Shown piece by piece: positions 56,472-64,000 of a DNA stretch of 64,000 bases. The DNA comes from an uncultured Candidatus Berkelbacteria bacterium. Lineage in GTDB: Bacteria > Patescibacteriota > UBA1384 > CAILIB01. Every line of letters begins with the position of its first letter. Position 1 is the stretch's first letter. Position numbers and translations under genes: made by a program. The stretch covers positions 14,084-78,083 of the forward strand of contig CAILIB010000020.1 of assembly GCA_903834195.1 (NCBI GenBank). The letters are read 5' to 3'. The notes beneath the pieces were generated by a model. The model had not been told where the DNA came from and searched no databases. It was given only the letters and a program-made list of their open reading frames with translations.

Positions 56472-57593
56472 TCAGCGCTCGAAGGTCAACCGTTTATGCC
56501 TGGTTACAATAGATTGAGCAATTCCGATCAATAATGCATTCGTCACCATGGTAGTTCCACCATAACTTAAGAACGGCAAAGGGATACCTGTAACCGGCAT
56601 TATTCCGATATTCATACCGATATTTACCAAGAGTTCGAAGAACAGTTTTATCACGATACCGACACAGATCAACATACCAAATTCATCTTTAGCAATCCGC
56701 GCAGCAATAAGTAACCGAGCAGTAAGTACCCCAAAAAGTAATATCACCCCGTACGAACCAACTAACCCCCAAGCTTCTGCAATTCCAGCAAAGATAAAGT
56801 CAGCATGAGCAACTGGAAGAAAGTTCAACTGTGACTGTGTACCTTCACCTAATCCACGACCTAACAAACCTCCCGATCCAACAGCAATTTTTGACTGTTG
56901 TACGTTATATCCAGTCCCTTTTTTATCTCGACTCGGGTCAACAAAACTTGCTAAACGATCTTTTTGATAGCCTTTTAGTACGTTTGTGAATGGAGACACC
57001 CCATGAAATGATAAGGTTATAACCAGTGCAACCATAGCTACACCACAGATAATGAACACCTTTTGCCAGCGAACTGTTCGACTATAGAGCAACATTCCAA
57101 TCCCAGTAGCCACAACCACAAGAGAAGTACCTAAGTCTGGCTGCAATAAAATCGCAAGCGCCGGTACTGCAATCAGTAAAATAGCTAAAAAGAACTGCCT
57201 CCCAACAATAGGCTTTGTACTTCTTCCAAGCACCGCGGCGAGAATTAAAATAATGATCGCCTTAAAAATCTCCCCTGGCTGCAGCTGAAATGTACCAATA
57301 TTAATCCAGCGAGCTGCACCAAACGCAGTTTGTCCTTTCACTTGAACAATTGCCAAAAGTATTACACCAATTCCATATACCCACGGAACCCAGTTACGTA
57401 CATTTCGATAATCAGTAAGTGTAGCCAGTACCATAAGCACCAACCCAATACCCGCGAAAATACCTTGCCTAAGTGCTGTACCATACCCTGCAGTATCGTT
57501 TGTGAGGGTATAGATCATGACCACGCTTATACCCATGAGTATGAGCGGGAGGAGATAGAGCAGCGGATCAAGTGTCTTTAACCGGCTCCACAT
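56472..57593 (-). CDS. ftsW: SEDS-family peptidoglycan glycosyltransferase (FtsW/RodA)
   Basis: A 10-TM protein with the conserved SEDS blocks (GA.RWI..G.FQ.QP.E; DFIF; PVTGIPLPF.SYGG). FtsW versus RodA cannot be decided from sequence alone. Confidence 0.75.
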   Translation of the reverse strand: MWSRLKTLDPLLYLLPLILMGISVVMIYTLTNDTAGYGTALRQGIFAGIGLVLMVLATLTDYRNVRNWVPWVYGIGVILLAIVQVKGQTAFGAARWINIGTFQLQPGEIFKAIIILILAAVLGRSTKPIVGRQFFLAILLIAVPALAILLQPDLGTSLVVVATGIGMLLYSRTVRWQKVFIICGVAMVALVITLSFHGVSPFTNVLKGYQKDRLASFVDPSRDKKGTGYNVQQSKIAVGSGGLLGRGLGEGTQSQLNFLPVAHADFIFAGIAEAWGLVGSYGVILLFGVLTARLLIAARIAKDEFGMLICVGIVIKLFFELLVNIGMNIGIMPVTGIPLPFLSYGGTTMVTNALLIGIAQSIVTRHKRLTFER

Positions 57594-57601
57594 AGTATTA
57601 T

Positions 57602-60487
57602 TTACTTTGGAATACGAATACTCAGCGCAATTGTCTCACCATTCAACTCAATCTCCCCTTCAGGATTTGCTTCCCAAGTAGTTTCATCAACTACCAGGAA
57701 TGAATCTGCAAGTAATCCAGGTACTGCTAGTATCAGAGGCTCTACAATTGAACGGTGCTGTGGTGCCACATACAAATGTGCAAGCTGACCAGGCTGTAAC
57801 CCTGTTTGTTTACGCACATTCTGAAGTAAGCGCAAAAGCTCACGTACATCTCCAGCTTGCTGTAATTCATCTGAGATTCGCGTATCTAATCCTACAGCAA
57901 CCCCGAATTTATTTGCATCACTCCAGGCAAACCCATCTTCTGCCCCGGTTTCAACCATACGGACTGCAAGAACATTTAACTCTTCAGCAACAATATCTAA
58001 CAGATCATTACCGATTGGCTCAAGACCAGATACCACGGCTTCAGCAAGTGGTTGGCGCACTTTTAACTTCTGTTCTGCTCGCACTGAAAGCCCAGCTTCC
58101 ACCACAAGTCGCACGGTTTTCATATCTTTTTCAACCTGTTCGTTTTGAGCTTTAGCTACCGGCCAATCGAGTAAATGAACCGATTCAGGCATTGAATCTG
58201 TGCGCAAAGTTTGGTAAACGTGCTCAGTCATAAACGGAGTAAACGGCGCTAGAATTGCAGATAAGGTTTGCAGCAGTTCATACATTACAGCGAAAAATGT
58301 AGTGTCTGAACGACGGCGCGAACGACGCAAATACCACGTTGAAAGATCGCTCACATATTCTTCGATTGCCCGCCCTGCCCGCATAAAGTCATAGGCATCA
58401 AGTAATGTAGTAACTTCAGTAATTACAGCACTCTGACGACTCAAAATCCAACGATCCAAAACCGTAAGATCAGATTCGGTATACGTTGAAGACGCATCAA
58501 ATTCAGCCACATTTGCATACGTGACAAAATAATTAAAGACATTCCAGTACAGTAAAAGCGTTTTTCGGAAACTGGTTTGAACCTCTTTAATACTGAACGA
58601 TTTAGCCTCACCTGGTGAGTTTACCGTATATAGATACCATCGAATCGCATCAACACCGAGGATTTTGAATGTGTCCCACGGATTAAACACATTACCGAGA
58701 GACTTCGACATTTTCTTGCCGGTTTCATCCACTAAGTGACCCATACAGACCACATTTTTGTAAGCTTCTCGCTCGTCAACAATTGAACTAATTGCGAGAA
58801 GTGTATAAAACCACCCACGCGTCTGATCAACAGCTTCAGCAATAAAATCAGCTGGAACTTCTCCAAGCGCTGCACGACCAGATGCATACTGCATTGCTCC
58901 AGAGTCAAACCAGACATCAAGAACATACGGTTCACGAATATACTCTTCCCCATCTTTGACCAAGATAATATCATCAACCATTGGTCGGTGCGGATCAAAT
59001 TCAGCACTAATTAATGATGGGTCTTTTGCGAGCGACTTTAACTCTTCAAATGAACCAATACAGAGCATTCTCCCAGTTGGACTAATCCAAACAGGCATCG
59101 GAGTGCCCCAAAAACGTTCGCGAGAAACAGCCCAATCACGAGCTTCACGAATAAAATCACCAAAGCGTCCTTGCTGGATGTGACTTGGGGTCCATGAAAC
59201 CTTGCTATTGTACTCTGTAAGCTTTGTACGCATACGAGACATGCCGATATACCACGAATCCTTCGCATAGTACAAAAGCGGTGTCTTACAGCGCCAACAG
59301 TGCGGATACGAGTGGGTAATAGTTTGTTTACCGTACAATCGATCTTTTGCGGTCAAACTTTGCAAAATAGGAACAAGCGCATCTTTGACATACATTCCAG
59401 TAAACTCAGGCACATTCGGAAGAAAGTTCCCGTTTAAATCTACTGTATGCACACGAGCAAGGCCTTCTTTCTTACCAAGAATAAAGTCATCTTCACCATA
59501 CATTACTGCAGTGTGTACAATACCCGTACCATCAGTTGTAGTGACAAAATCTGCCAACACAACTTCGTATTTCTTACCCTCAGCATCTTCCAAAACCTCA
59601 GGATACAATGGGCGATACGTCTTTCCAGCTAACTCACTACCTGTACACGATGCAACGATCTCATACTCCCCTTTGAGAATTTCAAGACGTGATTTTGCCA
59701 AGATAAATCTGCCTTTTTCTTGCTGAACGGTCACATACTCAATTTCAGGACCAACGGCTAAGCCAACGTTTCCTGGAAGTGTCCAGGGTGTAGTTGTCCA
59801 TGCTAGAAAAGCAGTTGAAGGGTCGTCAGTAAGCGGGAATGTTACAAATACTGAGGTATCTTTAACATCTTGATATTCAAGTGCAACTTCAGCCGCGGAC
59901 AAGCCGGTTCCACAACGAGAACAGTACGGCACAACTTTGTAATCTTTAAAGACAAGTTGCTTATCCCAAATTTTCTTAAATGTAGCCCAGACACCTTCTA
60001 TGTACCCGCTATCATAGGTGATATACGGATTCTCGGTATCAGTCCAATACCCAACACGAGGCACGAACTGATCCCATTCCTTCTTAAATTCCCAAACACT
60101 TTCTCGACAAATTGCATTAAATTTAGCAATTGAGGCTTTCTCGTCCCCTGGCACCAAGTTAAGTACATCTTTCTTACTTGTGAGACCAAGCGCTTTTTCA
60201 ACCTGAACCTCTACGGGTAAGCCGTGCGTGTCCCAGCCAGCCTGGCGTGGAACATATTTACCCTTCATGGTTTGATACCGTCCTGCCAAGTCTTTAAACG
60301 ACATTGGAACTGCGGTATGAAGCGGCGGTTTAGCATTCGCAGTTGGAGGACCATCAAAAATGATGTACGGCTGCTTGCCCTTATTTTTTTCAACAGATTT
60401 CTTAAAAATTTTCTTTTCTTGCCAGAACGCTAAAACAGCTTCTTCTTGCGTTGCAAAGTTTGGTTGAGGTTCAACGGGTTTAAACAT
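57602..60487 (-). CDS. ileS: Isoleucyl-tRNA synthetase (noncanonical HIGH motif)
   Basis: The IleRS-specific blocks are GWDTHGLPVE, GTGIVHTAVMYGEDDF, WAVSRERFWGTPMPVW and KMSKSLGNV. The HIGH position reads PLHT instead of HxGH. Confidence 0.75.
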   Translation of the reverse strand: MFKPVEPQPNFATQEEAVLAFWQEKKIFKKSVEKNKGKQPYIIFDGPPTANAKPPLHTAVPMSFKDLAGRYQTMKGKYVPRQAGWDTHGLPVEVQVEKALGLTSKKDVLNLVPGDEKASIAKFNAICRESVWEFKKEWDQFVPRVGYWTDTENPYITYDSGYIEGVWATFKKIWDKQLVFKDYKVVPYCSRCGTGLSAAEVALEYQDVKDTSVFVTFPLTDDPSTAFLAWTTTPWTLPGNVGLAVGPEIEYVTVQQEKGRFILAKSRLEILKGEYEIVASCTGSELAGKTYRPLYPEVLEDAEGKKYEVVLADFVTTTDGTGIVHTAVMYGEDDFILGKKEGLARVHTVDLNGNFLPNVPEFTGMYVKDALVPILQSLTAKDRLYGKQTITHSYPHCWRCKTPLLYYAKDSWYIGMSRMRTKLTEYNSKVSWTPSHIQQGRFGDFIREARDWAVSRERFWGTPMPVWISPTGRMLCIGSFEELKSLAKDPSLISAEFDPHRPMVDDIILVKDGEEYIREPYVLDVWFDSGAMQYASGRAALGEVPADFIAEAVDQTRGWFYTLLAISSIVDEREAYKNVVCMGHLVDETGKKMSKSLGNVFNPWDTFKILGVDAIRWYLYTVNSPGEAKSFSIKEVQTSFRKTLLLYWNVFNYFVTYANVAEFDASSTYTESDLTVLDRWILSRQSAVITEVTTLLDAYDFMRAGRAIEEYVSDLSTWYLRRSRRRSDTTFFAVMYELLQTLSAILAPFTPFMTEHVYQTLRTDSMPESVHLLDWPVAKAQNEQVEKDMKTVRLVVEAGLSVRAEQKLKVRQPLAEAVVSGLEPIGNDLLDIVAEELNVLAVRMVETGAEDGFAWSDANKFGVAVGLDTRISDELQQAGDVRELLRLLQNVRKQTGLQPGQLAHLYVAPQHRSIVEPLILAVPGLLADSFLVVDETTWEANPEGEIELNGETIALSIRIPK

Positions 60488-60496
60488 GATTGAGAA

Positions 60497-60910
60497 CTAG
60501 ATGGAGTCGAGTGCGAAGTTGACGAGGAGGTCTGCGCGTTTGTTTTGAGCGCGAGGCACATGCGTAAATGTCGCGGTAAATGGTTGAGAGTGAAGGATCG
60601 TTTGAATCAATTGATAAATACCTTGAAGGGTAGTATCTCGAACCTTATAAATCCCCATAATTTGCCGAACCACGAGCTCGCTATCGAGCATAAACTGAAT
60701 CTGGGTAAATTCAGGTGGCGTGCATTTCCCGTCTCGAATGAACTCTAACGCACGTAATACAGCTGTGTATTCAGCCACATTATTGGTTGTATCGCCAATA
60801 TATTCAGAATATTCAAACGACCAGTCCCCGGCTTTCATAACCACACCAATAGCAGCTGGACCTGGATTTCCGCGTGCACCACCATCTGTATTGATCGTAA
60901 TTATCTGCAT
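60497..60910 (-). CDS. rnhA: Ribonuclease HI
   Basis: The N-terminus ITINTDGGARGNPGPAAIGVV and the blocks TNNVAEYTAVLRALE and NKRADLL are present. Confidence 0.75.
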   Translation of the reverse strand: MQIITINTDGGARGNPGPAAIGVVMKAGDWSFEYSEYIGDTTNNVAEYTAVLRALEFIRDGKCTPPEFTQIQFMLDSELVVRQIMGIYKVRDTTLQGIYQLIQTILHSQPFTATFTHVPRAQNKRADLLVNFALDSI

Positions 60911-60966
60911 GTGTGTAGTATTATAGGTATCAGCCTATCAGATTAGATCACTTCGTTCAAACCGAT

Positions 60967-61863
60967 TTACGGCTTTGGCAAATGTCGAATTGCTCGTAAT
61001 TTCGCCGAACGACTGCGTGGATTTGCCACTTCTTCAGTTCTACTTGCTACTACCGGCTTCTTACTGAGTAATTCGTACTCACCAGAGTCAGAGGCAGCTC
61101 GGAAGCGCTGCTTCACGATTCTATCTTCTAACGAGTGAAACGTAATAATTGCCAATACTCCACCAGTTGAGAGAAGTTCTAAGGCTTGATCCATCCCTTC
61201 TACAAGCGAGTCTAACTCTCGGTTTACTGCAATCCGCAACGCTTGGAAACTTCGCGTGGCTGGATGTGGTTTCTTGTGTCGCGCTGTTGGATGATACTGC
61301 TCAATAATAACCGCTGCTAAATCTGCAGTTTCGGTAAAGCGTTGCTTTTTACGTCGCTCTACAATTGCATGGGCAATCTTTTTAGCAAGACGTTCTTCAC
61401 CATACGATAGCAACATCTCAATAATGCGATGCTCAGGCCAGGTATTTACAATGGTCGCCGCTGACACTGTTCCATCAGGGTCCATTCTCATATCAAGCGG
61501 ACCGTTTTTCATAAATGAAAACCCTCGCTCCGGCGTATCAATTTGGTAACTCGAAACACCAATATCCATCAAGATACCATCAGCTGCAGTGATTATTTTC
61601 TTCTTTCGCAACTGAAACAACTCGGCAAAGTTACCCTGTAAATATTCAATTTTTTCACCAAGACGCTCTTCTGCAAACTCAAGTGCATACGGATCCTGAT
61701 CGATGCCAATAATACGAATTGGCTGTTTCGCCTCCTCTGCCCGAGCAATCATTTCAAGCGTATGACCTCCAAGTCCAAGCGTTGCATCAACAAACACTCC
61801 CCCTCGCTCTGGTCGAAGGGCATTCATCGTTTCCTCTAGAAGTACTGGAGTGTGTTCTGCCAT
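60967..61863 (-). CDS. rsmH: 16S rRNA (cytosine1402-N4)-methyltransferase RsmH (MraW)
   Basis: The N-terminus HTPVLLEETMNAL...GVFVDATLGLGGHT and the block DLGVSSYQID are present. Confidence 0.85.
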   Translation of the reverse strand: MAEHTPVLLEETMNALRPERGGVFVDATLGLGGHTLEMIARAEEAKQPIRIIGIDQDPYALEFAEERLGEKIEYLQGNFAELFQLRKKKIITAADGILMDIGVSSYQIDTPERGFSFMKNGPLDMRMDPDGTVSAATIVNTWPEHRIIEMLLSYGEERLAKKIAHAIVERRKKQRFTETADLAAVIIEQYHPTARHKKPHPATRSFQALRIAVNRELDSLVEGMDQALELLSTGGVLAIITFHSLEDRIVKQRFRAASDSGEYELLSKKPVVASRTEEVANPRSRSAKLRAIRHLPKP

Positions 61864-61867
61864 AGGG

Positions 61868-62755
61868 TTACGGATAGCGGAACCCTTGATTATCGAGATA
61901 CTCAGCTGTTTCTTTTATAACTGGAGTGGCAATTCCATGTTTTTCAATGAGATAGTGTGCTGATCCAATTTCACCAGCATGACCAATTACTTCTGCAGTT
62001 GTATACCCTTTTCCAATTGCACAATATCCAACTAACACACCACCCGATGGACTTGGTGTACAACTTGTCAATTGCAACAAATTAACCGTATTAACACCAA
62101 GTTGTAACGTATAGTTAATTGTAAACTTTATTGAGCGCTTTCCTGATAATTGAACTGTAAAATTAGGAGCTGCTTCAGCTGGCTGACTTGCTGGTGGTGT
62201 ACAAACCCCAGAACCATCATAATTTTGACACATAAAGTATGCCACACCTGTAACACTTGAGTTTGATGAAAACACAAAGTTATCACCTTCAATTACCGGT
62301 ATAGTTACCGAAGTCCCTGAAGGAAAATCAGCTGTCTGAAAAGCTTGTTTATTATATTTAGTTGCATCTGCAGCAAACTGACTCCCTTTAATAGCAATAA
62401 CATTCCGTATTGAAATGTCGTAATACGGACAATTACTCAACGTCAGGTCAACAACCACTGTTCCACAGTCAGTTCCAGAAAATTCTCGACGAACCGGAGT
62501 AAGTGGGTAGAATTCAGTTACAGTCTCATTTCCAAACTCTCCCCACGCATTCAATGCAGTTGATGCATTATTAAATCGCGCTAATGCTTCCTCAACGCCG
62601 GCTCGGCCAACTTGTCTCGCGCGGGATGAACTATCATACGAAGCAGACTGACGTGAATTCAAGAGTAAAATACGTGCACCAGTAACAGTAAGTACACTCA
62701 CAACAGTGAGAATTAAGACAACAATGAGGAGTGATGATCCGGATCGACGTATCAT
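61868..62755 (-). CDS. Pilin-like (minor pilin/pseudopilin-like) protein
   Basis: The N-terminal hydrophobic segment RRSGSSLLIVVLILTVVSVL lacks Glu5. The gene overlaps the upstream pilin gene by 4 nt. Confidence 0.4.
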   Translation of the reverse strand: MIRRSGSSLLIVVLILTVVSVLTVTGARILLLNSRQSASYDSSSRARQVGRAGVEEALARFNNASTALNAWGEFGNETVTEFYPLTPVRREFSGTDCGTVVVDLTLSNCPYYDISIRNVIAIKGSQFAADATKYNKQAFQTADFPSGTSVTIPVIEGDNFVFSSNSSVTGVAYFMCQNYDGSGVCTPPASQPAEAAPNFTVQLSGKRSIKFTINYTLQLGVNTVNLLQLTSCTPSPSGGVLVGYCAIGKGYTTAEVIGHAGEIGSAHYLIEKHGIATPVIKETAEYLDNQGFRYP

Positions 62756-63453
62756 TGGGAAATATTACTCATAACAGGAGAAGAAGTCACAACTGCAGTA
62801 TCACGAATAATTATTGGTGTTGATGCAAGTGTATTTGCACGAACCTCAACTCCTACAGCACCCTTATATACACCTGCCAATTCAATTTCAAACGCATCAG
62901 CATTTGCGACTGCGTTCGCATTATTCATTGCTTGAACCGTAAATGAAGGAATCTTAATAGTACTATCGGTAAGGTAATTTGCGGTGCCATTTGAAAGCGT
63001 AAAGAGTGCACCGATACTATTCAAGTTACACGAATTAAACGAATTTAGAGAACCTGAAAGAGTTGCAGTACTCGGTGGCACATACTGAAGCAAACGAGTC
63101 TTATCTGCTGAAGTCGAATCACTGTTTACACAAAATACTTCGTACTGATACACAGGCGTTGTGCAATCTGAACTTGGTAAGCATGTCTGAAGTACTAAAA
63201 TACTATTATTACCCCCTTGCGCACTTGTGTCTTGATTTATAGTTACCGCAGTTCCAGTTGACCGCGTTAGAGCAACCTTAAGACTGTCCATCGCAGATTG
63301 TAATTGAGATGATGTCCCCTGACTTCGCTGACCAGCATCTTGAACAGTTGAAGATGTAGCTAGAATAGCAATCACCATTACAGCAACTGTCGCAAAAAGT
63401 GCTGCGCTAATAAGAAGTTCTATAAGAGTAAATGCAGGTCGACGAGTTCTCAT
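62752..63453 (-). CDS. Type IV pilin-like protein (prepilin N-terminus)
   Basis: MRTRRPAFTLIELLISAALFATVAVMV is a class III signal with FTLIELL and Glu5. It has Ala rather than Gly at the -1 cleavage position. Confidence 0.6.
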   Translation of the reverse strand: MRTRRPAFTLIELLISAALFATVAVMVIAILATSSTVQDAGQRSQGTSSQLQSAMDSLKVALTRSTGTAVTINQDTSAQGGNNSILVLQTCLPSSDCTTPVYQYEVFCVNSDSTSADKTRLLQYVPPSTATLSGSLNSFNSCNLNSIGALFTLSNGTANYLTDSTIKIPSFTVQAMNNANAVANADAFEIELAGVYKGAVGVEVRANTLASTPIIIRDTAVVTSSPVMSNISQ

Positions 63454-64000
63454 TGGAATGAAGCTCCGGTTACATCTGCAAAAATTGTTGACCGTGTTAC
63501 TCCAGCTGATTGGTTCGCTCCGTATGGCCAGACCGTTACTTTAGCGACAAAATAAACGTATTGCTTTGATGCGTCACCACCAAATCCTGGCTTCTGAACC
63601 GCTTCTTTTGCTTTGGTAATCATCACCTGACGGTAGTAGTACGTATATCCAGCCGTGCCAACACCAGGTAATCCAGCAGTTATTGTCTTGCCTGCTAATG
63701 AATTACTCGCATTCTGATCTTTGGTGTAGGCAGCAAAATCAATTAACTGGAATGCACCAGCTGTTACCGTCGTTGGAACTGCAACTATCTCAGCATTATT
63801 GGTTCCAAACGCTGCAATAGTTGTACCACCACCCGAAGAATCTCGTACAGTAGTCGTATATCCATTACATATCACATCTGCTAATGGAGCAAGTTGACAC
63901 CATTTCAATTGAACGTTCTTAGGCGCACCACCAATTGCGAGCGTATATGGCACTACATACGCTGAAGTTACCACTGTACCAAGCTGACTTCCAAAATCAG
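63450..64000 (-). CDS. Hypothetical protein, 5'-partial (runs off window end), in pilin operon
   Basis: The ORF remains open upstream of the GTG at 63972-63974 to the window edge. It overlaps the downstream pilin gene by 4 nt. Confidence 0.3.
   Translation of the reverse strand, partial: DFGSQLGTVVTSAYVVPYTLAIGGAPKNVQLKWCQLAPLADVICNGYTTTVRDSSGGGTTIAAFGTNNAEIVAVPTTVTAGAFQLIDFAAYTKDQNASNSLAGKTITAGLPGVGTAGYTYYYRQVMITKAKEAVQKPGFGGDASKQYVYFVAKVTVWPYGANQSAGVTRSTIFADVTGASFQ

Noticed and set aside
1-64000. tRNA / rRNA genes
   Set aside because: I scanned for T-loop-like GTTCGAATC/GTTCAAATC and its reverse complement in intergenic regions. The only GTTCGAT hits lie inside the 56-nt tandem repeats, which lack acceptor and anticodon arms. 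No tRNA or rRNA is called.

Overview
Most of this 64-kb window is conserved housekeeping genes from a reduced genome of about 43-45% GC. By inference it comes from a Patescibacteria/CPR organism, possibly Saccharibacteria-like, because it carries an LPXTG sortase substrate, type IV pilin genes, an NrdR-NrdJ pair, a minimal Mfd, and weak or no Shine-Dalgarno sequences.

The housekeeping genes, in order:
- Plus strand, 33-21940: a LytR_C-domain protein, DUF3048, an SLT transglycosylase, HIT, rpsU, yqeY, ybeY, dgkA, ftsA, ftsZ, nrdR with nrdJ (class II RNR), a UvrD-like helicase-nuclease, rmuC, rluD, secD/secF and gmk.
- Minus strand, 34738-63974: tgt, rplL/rplJ, rplA, pth, ybaB, prfB, cysS, recR, topA, dprA, an mfd-like gene, rplK/nusG/secE with rplU, ftsW, ileS, rnhA, rsmH and pilin genes.

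The main candidate system is a tightly packed five-gene minus-strand operon at 22168-33951. It contains two paralogous TraD/VirD4-family (T4CP-like) P-loop ATPases, both carrying an unusual N-terminal domain of about 350 aa. It also encodes a 1718-aa protein with glycine-zipper TM segments, a His-rich block and a (KD)n tract encoded by a hexanucleotide microsatellite, plus two small unknown proteins. No VirB4 or other recognisable T4SS channel gene is present in the window.

Other notable observations:
- Two tandem, nested-hairpin elements sit upstream of rmuC, with compensatory changes in their outer stems.
- A paralogous hairpin element of about 65 nt (16-18-bp perfect inverted repeat, loop motif CCTCAACYCTTAC) occurs in the 5' leaders of both rplA and rplJ.
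- A highly structured intergenic region at 54457-54782 has 20-bp and 17-bp perfect inverted repeats and may be an ncRNA.
- NrdR-box-like palindromes lie upstream of nrdR-nrdJ.
- Two regulator-enzyme fusions are present (wHTH-Nudix and RHH-nucleotidyltransferase), next to an orphan TrpF-like gene.
- A GC-shifted island at 44.6-47.4 kb encodes two secreted proteins.
- The ribosomal-protein gene order is scrambled.

No tRNA, rRNA or CRISPR array was recognised.
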